Virus record (IMG/VR): IMGVR_UViG_3300038701_000611 | Span: 1-43,648 of that record | Strand: one strand, 5' to 3' | Source of the DNA: a virus | DNA length: 43,648 nt | Part shown: one piece after another, positions 34,726 to 42,024 of the stretch | Numbering within the stretch: the stretch's first letter is position 1 | How the letters are laid out: each line of letters begins with the position of its first letter | Made by a program: the position numbers and the translations under genes | The notes under the pieces: generated by a model | Told to the model about the DNA's origin: nothing | Databases searched by the model: none | Seen by the model: the letters and a program-made list of their open reading frames with translations, nothing else

Positions 34726-37200
34726 TTAGGCGAAGAAATACAAGGAGTTAATCACATCACCCAGTTCAAGGCTCCCTGCCGAGGGGACAGGGGGCAGAGC
34801 CTCTGCTACTTCCTCGGGGAGCTGGGCGGCCACCTCTTCCTTGAAGGCCGTCAGCCAGCACCTCTCTTGGTACATCTCCACAAAGGACTGGCGGATCGCG
34901 TGGGCCAGCTCACCTGCGTCAGCCGCGTGTGTGGCGTAGCTGTCGTGTACCATAGAGAGGTGAACGGACGGCCCGACCGTGTCGAGAAGCTGCTCGACGC
35001 AGCGGAGCATGTGGGCGGCATCCATAGAGTGGACAAAGTTCGGAGCTATGGCGAGGGCCATCTTCGCGCTGTCCACCTTGTCCTGATGGCCGTCAGCTAC
35101 CCTGATGTGAACGCGCTGCCCTGCCACGATAAGCTCGACCTTGCGGTCCTTCAGCTTCCTATAATCCTGCTTAACCACAAACCCGGTAGGGGTTGTCCAT
35201 TGGATTGGGAGGTTGGCCTTGGCAACGACCTTGGCGACCGCCTGTAGCCAGTCCATCGCCTCCCGTGCGGCAATCACCGTCTGGCCGGTGGCCTCCCAGA
35301 CCAGCTTCCCGAGGTACTGGGCAGCCTTGTACGGCTCTGAGGTGAACGGGCTGGTGCCTGCCTTCTCCAGAGGACGGATGGTGTCTTCCATGATCTGGTC
35401 GGCGAAGCCTGTCCGGGTTGCACCATACGGCAGCGTCATGACCGGGCGCTTCACGACCGACCGCTTCATCAGTGGCAGCCACTTCTGCGCCGTAGGCTCC
35501 CCCTCAGCGGCCTTGGCCTTCAACATCTCCACCACACGTTCCATGACCTGCGTGTAGATGTCCTGCGGCTTGGCTGCGGGAAGAAGGTTCACAGCGGAGC
35601 CTCCCACCTTGTCGCGTAGCATTGCAGAGAGGTGCTGCAGGCCGTTGCAGGAGCCATCCAGAGCCACAGGGGTGTGGCTAAGGTGTTCGGCCCCCTCCTC
35701 GCAGTAGCCCGCCCAGTCGAAGATGAAGGCGAGGAATTGGAGGGGCTTGTCCGCGTCCATCCACCAGCGGTCGGCGAAAGGATCAGCTGCCGTCGCTTGG
35801 ATGCGAGACGACTGGGCCTCGACCCACTGGACGCGCTCGTCGAGGCTGATCTTATCGTTGCCGTAGACGTTCGCCCCGTGGATGGCCAGCCAATAGTAGC
35901 CGTCTTCGCCGAGGGGCTTGCCATTGGCAAACTCGAGGAGGCCTTTGCTGAGGTCGTCCCCTTGCGGCTTCAGGAAGGACGGGAGGTCGTACACCCGGCC
36001 CCGGAAGTCCACCACCTTCGGGAAGTAGATCGCCTCCTCGTTGACAAGGGATGTAGCAAGGCGGGTGGTCTTCTCGACCGAGAGGATTTTACCCTTGGCC
36101 GCAGCGTTGCGATTGTGGACCTCGCGAGCGGCGCGGGACCACTGTTTGCGGGCATCCTCGTTCTTCTCGATATCATGGGGCTTCGGAGGGACAGCCTCCA
36201 GCTCCATGCGGGGGAGGCTGGCGCAGGTGATGCCTGCCTTCTTCATCTGCTGGACGACTTCAAGCACCCTCCGGTTCACCCGGAAGGGGGTGTTCTGGAG
36301 GTAGTTCACCGAGCGGAACATGCGGGGCATGTCCATCTCGCCTGCCTCGCGGATGCCGTTGGTCTTCGTCCGGGCGACCACCATTTTCCCGCCACGCTTG
36401 AAGGGCAGCCAGTAGCCGCCTGACTTCAGGTCCGTCCAAGGGCGCGGCTGGATCAGGGTCGGGTACATATATGGCTCCATCTCCTGCTGCATGGCGTCAG
36501 CCTTGGTCATGATGGCCATCGCGGTGTCGCTGAGTGTGAAGGTCTTCGTGGCCTTCCTGCCCTTCATCGTGACCCTCGATGTGACGATGCCGAGGTCTTC
36601 GATCTGAGCCAGAAGGAAGGTCCCAAGGCGGACCTTCTCAGTGTTCGACAGCCGTAGGCCTGCATCCTCGTCGTTGAGGCTCTCGTAGGCCTTTGCGATT
36701 TGGCGTAGGCGCTGCTCCGGGTTCTTGGTGCGCTCATTGATCTCGCGGAGCTTCCGGTCGAAGGCACCCCGGTGCTCCTTCTTGAACAGACGACCGAGGT
36801 ACTCGCCCTCGATCTCGTTGCCCACCGCGAAACCGATGCGCTGGGTGGTGCAGAGTTCCGGCTTGTACTGGGCGATCACATTGGTCACTGAGCGGATCGC
36901 AGAGATGGCCGTATCAGCTGCCGGGAGGAGCTTGAGGTTCCGAAGCTCTGGCGGCTTCCTCTTCACCCTGCCGTCCTCGAGGCGTGCGATCTCTTCGATG
37001 ATGCGGTTGGCGAGTTCGCCGCCCATGCGAGACATGAGGACCCGGCCTCCCCCGGAGGTGGCCCCATTGCCCCGCTCGCGCTCCGCCTGCTGGCGCGCTT
37101 GGACCTTAGCGATCCCCTCTTGGATCATGTTCTCTTCGTGTTCCATCTCACGGCTCAGTTGGTCATCCGTGAAGTCGATTAGGTTCAGTTCGTGCGTCAC
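34726..37200 (-). CDS. Single-subunit DNA-dependent RNA polymerase (T7 gp1-like)
   Basis: 824 aa with a GTG start after AAGGA. It contains DGSCNGLQHLSAM, VHDSYATHA and a C-terminal ...YFFA, matching T7 RNA polymerase motifs A and C and its FAFA-type C-terminus. Confidence 0.95.
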   Translation of the reverse strand: MTHELNLIDFTDDQLSREMEHEENMIQEGIAKVQARQQAERERGNGATSGGGRVLMSRMGGELANRIIEEIARLEDGRVKRKPPELRNLKLLPAADTAISAIRSVTNVIAQYKPELCTTQRIGFAVGNEIEGEYLGRLFKKEHRGAFDRKLREINERTKNPEQRLRQIAKAYESLNDEDAGLRLSNTEKVRLGTFLLAQIEDLGIVTSRVTMKGRKATKTFTLSDTAMAIMTKADAMQQEMEPYMYPTLIQPRPWTDLKSGGYWLPFKRGGKMVVARTKTNGIREAGEMDMPRMFRSVNYLQNTPFRVNRRVLEVVQQMKKAGITCASLPRMELEAVPPKPHDIEKNEDARKQWSRAAREVHNRNAAAKGKILSVEKTTRLATSLVNEEAIYFPKVVDFRGRVYDLPSFLKPQGDDLSKGLLEFANGKPLGEDGYYWLAIHGANVYGNDKISLDERVQWVEAQSSRIQATAADPFADRWWMDADKPLQFLAFIFDWAGYCEEGAEHLSHTPVALDGSCNGLQHLSAMLRDKVGGSAVNLLPAAKPQDIYTQVMERVVEMLKAKAAEGEPTAQKWLPLMKRSVVKRPVMTLPYGATRTGFADQIMEDTIRPLEKAGTSPFTSEPYKAAQYLGKLVWEATGQTVIAAREAMDWLQAVAKVVAKANLPIQWTTPTGFVVKQDYRKLKDRKVELIVAGQRVHIRVADGHQDKVDSAKMALAIAPNFVHSMDAAHMLRCVEQLLDTVGPSVHLSMVHDSYATHAADAGELAHAIRQSFVEMYQERCWLTAFKEEVAAQLPEEVAEALPPVPSAGSLELGDVINSLYFFA

Positions 37201-37303
37201 GCGTCACGTCCTTTTCGTGCAGGATTTGCAGATAGTGTGTGTGGGCATGTATCCCCGAGAAGCGAGAAGCCAGCGGCTCAAGGCCCCGTCGATGTCGCGT
37301 CAC
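37194..37303 (-). promoter_or_regulatory. Three GTGACGC heptamers on the RNA polymerase side of tRNA-Leu
   Basis: The plus strand reads gcgtcac at 37194-37200, 37201-37207 and 37297-37303. The tandem pair overlaps the GTG start codon of the RNA polymerase gene. Confidence 0.5.
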
Positions 37304-37360
37304 AGGAATGCATGAAAGGTGGCATATACGGGGTTGGGGATTTTGAATGCCATGCAGAGC

Positions 37361-37448
37361 TGGTACGGGTGGTCGGATTTGAACCGACAAGCCTTTGAAA
37401 GGCGGGGGCTTTTGAGGCCCCTGTGTCTACCAGTTCCACCACACCCGC
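37361..37448 (-). tRNA. tRNA-Leu (anticodon CAA), type II with a long variable arm
   Basis: The minus strand reads GCGGGTG-TG-GTGG..AACTGGTAGA..CAC-A-GGGGC-CTCAAAA-GCCCC-CGCCTTTCAAAGGCTT-GTCGG-TTCAAAT-CCGAC-CACCCGT-A-CCA. The anticodon loop is canonical (U33, CAA, A37) and CCA is encoded. Confidence 0.9.
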
Positions 37449-37466
37449 GTCTCAGGCATGGCACTC

Positions 37467-37519
37467 GCGTCACATCTCGCGTCACCGCGTCACGTCAAGC
37501 GTCACAGGTGGCACGTCAC
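37467..37519 (-). promoter_or_regulatory. Five GTGACG(C/T) heptamers between the int stop and tRNA-Leu
   Basis: The plus strand reads gcgtcac at 37467, 37479, 37487 and 37499, and acgtcac at 37513 (overlapping the int stop codon). Spacings are 12, 8, 12 and 14 bp. Confidence 0.55.
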
Positions 37520-38616
37520 GAGACGACTTTCAAGCGTCCAGCGCCTCCCCCGTTCAGCATGTCGCGTGCCTTCTCCAGCTGTGCCGGGAAGAGCTTGGCG
37601 TAGCGGAGGGTCATCGAGATGTCCTTGTGGCCCATCCAGTCGCGGACCAGCATCAGGTCCCTCGTGAGGGCGTAGAGGCGGGTCGCACAGTCGTGCCGCA
37701 TGAGGTACGTCACGAACTCAGGGTCTGTGGACTTGGGCTTGCACATGACCTCCCTGATCCACCCCCAGCCGTTCTTGATGCGGTTCTCAGTCGCCCAAGC
37801 GAAGGGGTTCTCATCAGGGTTCCGGTACGCCTGCCGCTGCCAAGCCTCCAGTGCCCTGTCGGTCAACGGAAGGTGCCGTGGGTTGTTCGTCTTCGTGAAG
37901 AGGACGGCGAGGATGTCACCCCGGAGGTCTTGGTGCCTGCAGCGACGCAGCTCGATGGGGCGGACCCCGGTGTCCTGTAGGATGATGTAGAGGTCGGCGT
38001 AGTCCCGACCGCTGGGCGTCCCTTCCTTGCAGTGGCCGGGGACCAGATCGTAGTCCCTCTCGAAGTGGTGGATGATGTCCACCCTCTCCGCGTCGGACAG
38101 CAAGCGGGTCCTCTCGTTGCCCTTGGCGGAAGGCTTCTCGAACACCGGGACGGCGTCGATCTTCCCTCGCCGGTAGTAGTAGTTGCAGGCAACTGAGAGG
38201 GGGTTCAGGCGCTTGCTGATTGTCGAAGGCTTCAGGCCCTCGCGCATCAGGTGGGCGACATACTCATCCACCTTCTCGGTCGTGAGGTCACCGAGGGGCG
38301 TGTCGTCCCCGAAGAACTCACAGGCCAGCTTGCTGGAGCTGACCATGTGGCGGACGTTCCTCGCCTGCTTCCATCGGATGTCCATCAGGTTGTCCAGAGC
38401 CTCGCGGATGGTCAGTCCGGTGGTCTTCCTTAAGTGTCCTGTGGGGGAAGGCCCTCCGGGGTCCTCCCCATTCATGAGGGCAGCCTTGATGGTGGTCTCG
38501 CGGGCCTTGGCAGCTGCCATGTCACCCACGAACTTCTCTCGGTGGCGTTTGGTCTCCCCGGCGACGGTCACCTGCACGTCGATCTGCAGGGCATCGCCTC
38601 GTGTGCGGATTGCCAT
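37516..38616 (-). CDS. int: Tyrosine recombinase / phage integrase
   Basis: 366 aa. It has an N-terminal SAM-like domain, and the C-terminal catalytic region contains ...RPIELRRCR...HDCATRLY...VRDWMGHKDISMTLRYAKL (the R...H-x-x-R...H...Y pattern). Confidence 0.9.
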   Translation of the reverse strand: MAIRTRGDALQIDVQVTVAGETKRHREKFVGDMAAAKARETTIKAALMNGEDPGGPSPTGHLRKTTGLTIREALDNLMDIRWKQARNVRHMVSSSKLACEFFGDDTPLGDLTTEKVDEYVAHLMREGLKPSTISKRLNPLSVACNYYYRRGKIDAVPVFEKPSAKGNERTRLLSDAERVDIIHHFERDYDLVPGHCKEGTPSGRDYADLYIILQDTGVRPIELRRCRHQDLRGDILAVLFTKTNNPRHLPLTDRALEAWQRQAYRNPDENPFAWATENRIKNGWGWIREVMCKPKSTDPEFVTYLMRHDCATRLYALTRDLMLVRDWMGHKDISMTLRYAKLFPAQLEKARDMLNGGGAGRLKVVS

Positions 38617-38619
38617 GGT

Positions 38620-39003
38620 CTATCCTTCCAGATGGTCTTCCAGACGATGCAGCAGCGCCTTCCCCTTGTCGGAGAGGCGACAGCGCATCATTCGGAGGTC
38701 AACGTCGTCCTGCCTACGCTCGATCAGGCCGAGGGAGCGGCGGCGAGGGGCCTTCACGTCGGGCGCTGGGTTGTTGCCCAGCTTTCGATCTGAGAGGGCC
38801 TGAGTGGCTCTGGACATAGCTGGCTGTGCGATCCCCAGAGCGTTGGAGATGGAGGCGACCGATGGGTCTTCTCCATTCAGGCGCCGGTGCTGTGCGATGT
38901 AGAGGAAGATCGAGGCGTAGCTGACCGGGAGGTCATTGTCGATCACTCGGAACTCCTGCACGACGCGCATCAGGGTCCTAAGGTTCTGAGCTTTCTGAGG
39001 CAT
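38620..39003 (-). CDS. MarR-like winged-helix transcriptional regulator
   Basis: 127 aa. The segment LPVSYASIFLYIAQH....SVASISNALGIAQPAMSRATQALSDRKL......GLIERRQDDVDLRMMRCRLSDKGKALL follows the MarR HTH-wing-helix layout. Its stop lies 3 nt before the int ATG. Confidence 0.65.
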   Translation of the reverse strand: MPQKAQNLRTLMRVVQEFRVIDNDLPVSYASIFLYIAQHRRLNGEDPSVASISNALGIAQPAMSRATQALSDRKLGNNPAPDVKAPRRRSLGLIERRQDDVDLRMMRCRLSDKGKALLHRLEDHLEG

Positions 39004-39128
39004 TGTTCACGGGTCCTTGAGAAAAGTAGGGGTGTCATGTGGTTCCTTAATGTACGCAATAGGCCCTGCTCTCTGGCAGTTCAATGGCACGATGATGGTG
39101 CATCCCCGCATCAAATGCAAGGTGGCAG

Positions 39129-39332
39129 CTATTCCAGCTCTGTCCCATAGGCCAGCTCGTGGTCAAGACAGGCGGCGCTTCGGGCGTCCCCTCGCATAGG
39201 CTCGAAGGCCTCGAAGAAGGGGTCTGTCCCTCCGATGAACAGAGGGTCCTCGATGGGTGCCCCTAGGTCCCTCAGCTTCTGGGCGTCTGCCTTCAGGGCG
39301 TCTTGCATTTCCTTATTAAACGGCATGGTCAT
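39129..39332 (-). CDS. Acidic hypothetical early protein
   Basis: 67-aa ORF. The ATG at 39326 is better spaced from AGGAG than the one at 39332. It is the last gene before the gap upstream of the MarR-like gene. Confidence 0.5.
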   Translation of the reverse strand: MTMPFNKEMQDALKADAQKLRDLGAPIEDPLFIGGTDPFFEAFEPMRGDARSAACLDHELAYGTELE

Positions 39333-39337
39333 TGCTC

Positions 39338-39517
39338 CTAGTGCGTGTGGTGCCGCTTGGTGCGGCTCTTGAGGATCGAGGTGATGGCGTGGAGTTCTGC
39401 CATCTGGTCGGGGGTGTTCAGGCCGTGCTGTGCGTTGAGGAAGGCCCTGCGGTCCTTCAGGTCAGCTGCAGGTGCCTGCTCCCAGCACATCCGGTGGATC
39501 GCGATCTGGCGTCTCAT
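39338..39517 (-). CDS. Hypothetical early protein (59 aa, below the ORF-track cutoff)
   Basis: Hand translation gives MRRQIAIHRMCWEQAPAADLKDRRAFLNAQHGLNTPDQMAELHAITSILKSRTKRHHTH. Its ATG overlaps the upstream stop (ATGA). Confidence 0.4.
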   Translation of the reverse strand: MRRQIAIHRMCWEQAPAADLKDRRAFLNAQHGLNTPDQMAELHAITSILKSRTKRHHTH

Positions 39518-39654
39518 GCCTTCATCCCCTCGGCCTTCACGGTGTGGCGGACGGCTTCGAAGTAGAGCCAGCCGTTCTTCTTGAAGACCTCCTGCCGGAA
39601 GGGCGAGGCGTTGATGAAGCGGGCGGCGGCGCGGTCTAGGTCAAGGGCGCTCAT
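39514..39654 (-). CDS. Hypothetical early protein (46 aa)
   Basis: Hand translation gives MSALDLDRAAARFINASPFRQEVFKKNGWLYFEAVRHTVKAEGMKA. AGAGGA lies 9 nt upstream of the ATG. Confidence 0.4.
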   Translation of the reverse strand: MSALDLDRAAARFINASPFRQEVFKKNGWLYFEAVRHTVKAEGMKA

Positions 39655-39659
39655 TGGTC

Positions 39660-40103
39660 TCAGTCCTCTTTCTTCAGTGTGTAGACGCTGCGGGTCTCGA
39701 CCGGCTCCGCGCGGGTAGGGTTGAACATGGTCTGGGCGATGCCCCTGACGGTGTCCTCAGCGGGCACCTCATAACGTCGGGCGACCAGATCACACTCGTC
39801 CTCCATGGCCTTGCGGCCCTTGGCGCTGGGGAACCAATCGCGGAGCTGGGTGAGGCTGCGGACGCCAAAGACGTGGCGGTCCTCGGAGAACTTCAAGACC
39901 ATCTCAGGTGTTTCCCCTGTGTATGGCGACGGGTGAGAGTGTGGATCGAAGCTCCGGCATCTGTCATCGTCCATGATCGCCGCCAAGTAGGCGCTCACGC
40001 CTCCGCTCTGGAACGCCCCGGTGTAGCTGCGCTTCAGGGCGTCGGTAGCGTGGCTGGCTCGCGTCTCGACACGCCAGACGGAGATTTTTCTGGGCTTTGC
40101 CAT
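39660..40103 (-). CDS. Hypothetical early protein
   Basis: From the ATG at 40103 the product is 147 aa (MAKPRKISVWRVETRASH...). It is preceded by the repeat A leader ...CACACACAAACGAGGAGCC. No family was recognised. Confidence 0.55.
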   Translation of the reverse strand: MAKPRKISVWRVETRASHATDALKRSYTGAFQSGGVSAYLAAIMDDDRCRSFDPHSHPSPYTGETPEMVLKFSEDRHVFGVRSLTQLRDWFPSAKGRKAMEDECDLVARRYEVPAEDTVRGIAQTMFNPTRAEPVETRSVYTLKKED

Positions 40104-40194
40104 GGTCAGTGGCTCCTCGTTTGTGTGTGGATTTGGCAGGCTCATCAGTGCCGGGATGCCGCCCCGACAGACGCCCTTGCGGGCGTTTCGCCTA
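40104..40194 (-). repeat. Structured intergenic repeat, copy A
   Basis: The minus strand reads TAG-GCGAAACGCCC-GCAA-GGGCGT-CTGT-CGGG-GCGGCAT-CCCG-GCACTGATGAGCCTGCCAAATCCACACACAAACGAGGAGCC. It starts at a stop codon and ends at the next gene's RBS. Confidence 0.8.
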
Positions 40195-40551
40195 GATTGT
40201 GTTGCGGGTCTCTTCGGCGAGCCTCCGGGCACGCCCCAGACGCTCCTCCTCCGCGCGTCGCTTCTCGCGCTTATCCAGAGACATCGAGGCGAGCGTCTTC
40301 TTGATAACCGCTTCGGCGTCCCGCGGCCTGAGAAGGTGCTCGCCTCTGCGATCCCCCTGAAACGGCACAGCGGCCCTCGCTAGGTCGGGCAGAACTCTGT
40401 CGAGGAACTCCTCGGCGATCTTGTTGCCGATCTCCCAGTAAAGCAGGTCGGGCAGCATCTCGCGGACCTCGTTACGGGCGGAGCGGGGCTGCAGGTCCTC
40501 GGTGGTGGACGCTACAGCGGCGTCATCGTTAGTGGCGGGCTTCTTAAACAC
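40192..40551 (-). CDS. Hypothetical early protein
   Basis: The GTG at 40551 lies 8 nt after AAAGGA (in the context CACACCCAAAAGGAACC). The product is 119 aa. The longer ORF-track N-terminus is Pro/Ser-rich and looks non-coding. Confidence 0.45.
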   Translation of the reverse strand: MFKKPATNDDAAVASTTEDLQPRSARNEVREMLPDLLYWEIGNKIAEEFLDRVLPDLARAAVPFQGDRRGEHLLRPRDAEAVIKKTLASMSLDKREKRRAEEERLGRARRLAEETRNTI

Positions 40552-40576
40552 GGTGCGGTTCCTTTTGGGTGTGTGA

Positions 40577-40666
40577 TCAGGCGCAGCCAGCGGCCAGCCA
40601 GAGGAAGGTCGTGAAGGTGGCCACGATGACCACCCCGGTGACGAAGTCTTCGAGGGCCTCACGCAT
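40577..40666 (-). CDS. Micro-ORF encoding a 29-aa hydrophobic peptide
   Basis: Hand translation gives MREALEDFVTGVVIVATFTTFLWLAAGCA. Its ATG overlaps the end of the upstream gene by 8 nt. Confidence 0.3.
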   Translation of the reverse strand: MREALEDFVTGVVIVATFTTFLWLAAGCA

Positions 40667-40880
40667 CTTCGAGCACCTCGTAGGCCTCCTCAGGCCTCAC
40701 GTGGTTCACCTGCTCGATAGGCGGGCACCCAGTCCGCCGTGCGGTGGCGTAGACCTCATTGATGGCTTTGATGCGGGCATCGTGCTCGCTCGTGGCTTCG
40801 ACGGTGACCCACATGGCGAAGCCGGGGGCCGCAAGGTCTGGGTTTTTGCTGTAGGTGCAACGGGCGCGGTAGCGTGCCAT
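40659..40880 (-). CDS. Hypothetical early protein
   Basis: 73-aa ORF with GGAGG upstream of the ATG (GGAGGCCTAAGACCATG). Confidence 0.5.
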   Translation of the reverse strand: MARYRARCTYSKNPDLAAPGFAMWVTVEATSEHDARIKAINEVYATARRTGCPPIEQVNHVRPEEAYEVLEDA

Positions 40881-40884
40881 GGTC

Positions 40885-41076
40885 TTAGGCCTCCTGCTGG
40901 CGGGCGATGCCCTTGGCGATGTACTTGCGGCGAAGTGCGGCCTTCTCAGCGGCCTTGTGTGCCGCCATGCGGATCACGAAGGCGGGCTTTTCCTTGGCAG
41001 GTGCGTAGAGGGACTGGAGGTCCTCCTCACGTTGCTCAAGGGTGCTCAGGGTGCGGGCGAGTTGAAGTTCGGTCAT
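40885..41076 (-). CDS. Hypothetical early protein, helical and basic
   Basis: 63-aa ORF preceded by the repeat B leader ...CACATACACAAACGAGGTATTGACCAATG. Confidence 0.5.
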   Translation of the reverse strand: MTELQLARTLSTLEQREEDLQSLYAPAKEKPAFVIRMAAHKAAEKAALRRKYIAKGIARQQEA

Positions 41077-41168
41077 TGGTCAATACCTCGTTTGTGTATG
41101 TGGATTTGGCAGGCTCTTCAGTGCCCGGATGCCACCCGGACAGACGCCCTTGCGGGCGTTTCGCCTTA
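41077..41168 (-). repeat. Structured intergenic repeat, copy B
   Basis: The minus strand reads TAA-GGCGAAACGCCC-GCAA-GGGCGT-CTGT-CCGG-GTGGCAT-CCGG-GCACTGAAGAGCCTGCCAAATCCACATACACAAACGAGG. Confidence 0.8.
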
Positions 41169-41306
41169 TGCGCCGTTGAGGCGTTCGCGGGCCTTGAGGC
41201 GCAGAAGCGCTTGGACCCGGTAGCAGTGGCGCTCGGCCTTAGTCTGGCTCGGGTCGCGGAAGTTCGGCCCCTCGTAGGCCTTCGGGTTCGTGCGTGCGGT
41301 TTCCAT
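41166..41306 (-). CDS. Hypothetical early protein (46 aa, below the ORF-track cutoff)
   Basis: Hand translation gives METARTNPKAYEGPNFRDPSQTKAERHCYRVQALLRLKARERLNGA. AGGAG lies 9 nt upstream of the ATG. Its stop codon is the first triplet of repeat B. Confidence 0.45.
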   Translation of the reverse strand: METARTNPKAYEGPNFRDPSQTKAERHCYRVQALLRLKARERLNGA

Positions 41307-41317
41307 GGTCTCAGCTC

Positions 41318-41923
41318 CTATTGCTGGTTCGTGATGGCGATTGTGTGCAGAGCGCTAACGGCCTCAGCGTCTGCGAAGTGCTTCGGGTAGACGGTGGCGA
41401 CGTGAGAGCACCAGCTGTCCCACCAGAAGCGGCTTTTGCCTTGTGCGCGCCATGTGGCGCAGTAGGTGGCGATGCGTGCTCGGACGGTTTCAACCTTCAG
41501 GCTCTTAGGGGTCTTGAAGGCGTCCCGCTTCAGCCCGAGGCGATCCAGATTGTGCAGATCGAGGCAGGCCCCTTCCCCCGTCAGCATTTGCAGCAGGAAC
41601 GAGGCTTTCACGATGCCAAGCCCCGGCACCTCAAGAACCGTGAGGATTGCGTCCTCATGGGACGGTGCCAAAGCAATGGCATCGGCGAGGCGCTCGGCGT
41701 GTTCAGAGAGGAACGCCCAAGCCTTCCCCTTGTTGCCCCATAGGAACCGCGAGGCGGCCCCATGCTGCTGGATGTCGGCGAATTGTGTGCCGACGCTATG
41801 CCACGGCTGTTGGATGGACAGAAGGACTACGAGAGCGGCCCCCTTCAGGATGCGGGCGCGGCCCTGTGTGTTTTCTTCAGCGTTGAAGGCGTCACGGATT
41901 GCGAGAGCGTGTTCGTTAAACAT
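41318..41923 (-). CDS. HhH-GPD superfamily DNA glycosylase-like early protein
   Basis: 201 aa. LEVPGLGIVKASFLLQML-TGEGACLDLHNLDRLGL aligns from memory with the Endo III / Ogg-type helix-hairpin-helix followed by the catalytic Asp context (LPGVGRKTANVVL......VDTHIFRV). Confidence 0.5.
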   Translation of the reverse strand: MFNEHALAIRDAFNAEENTQGRARILKGAALVVLLSIQQPWHSVGTQFADIQQHGAASRFLWGNKGKAWAFLSEHAERLADAIALAPSHEDAILTVLEVPGLGIVKASFLLQMLTGEGACLDLHNLDRLGLKRDAFKTPKSLKVETVRARIATYCATWRAQGKSRFWWDSWCSHVATVYPKHFADAEAVSALHTIAITNQQ

Positions 41924-42024
41924 GGCTGGTTAGGCCCCTTTTGTGTGTGTGTGGATTTGGCAGGCTCTTCAGTGCCGGGATGCCACCCCGGCAGACGCCC
42001 CCTGTGTGAGGGCGTTTCGCCTTA
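41924..42024 (-). repeat. Structured intergenic repeat, copy C
   Basis: The minus strand reads TAA-GGCGAAACGCCC-TCACACAGG-GGGCGT-CT-GCCGGG-GTGGCAT-CCCGGC-ACTGAAGAGCCTGCCAAATCCACACACACACAAAAGGGG. Confidence 0.8.

Noticed and set aside
40104-40194. Sigma54 (-24/-12) promoter within the intergenic repeat (GGCAC...CTGCC)
   Set aside because: The distance between the GG and GC elements is 11 or 15 nt rather than the fixed spacing required by TGGCAC-N5-TTGC. The motif therefore does not fit a sigma54 promoter.
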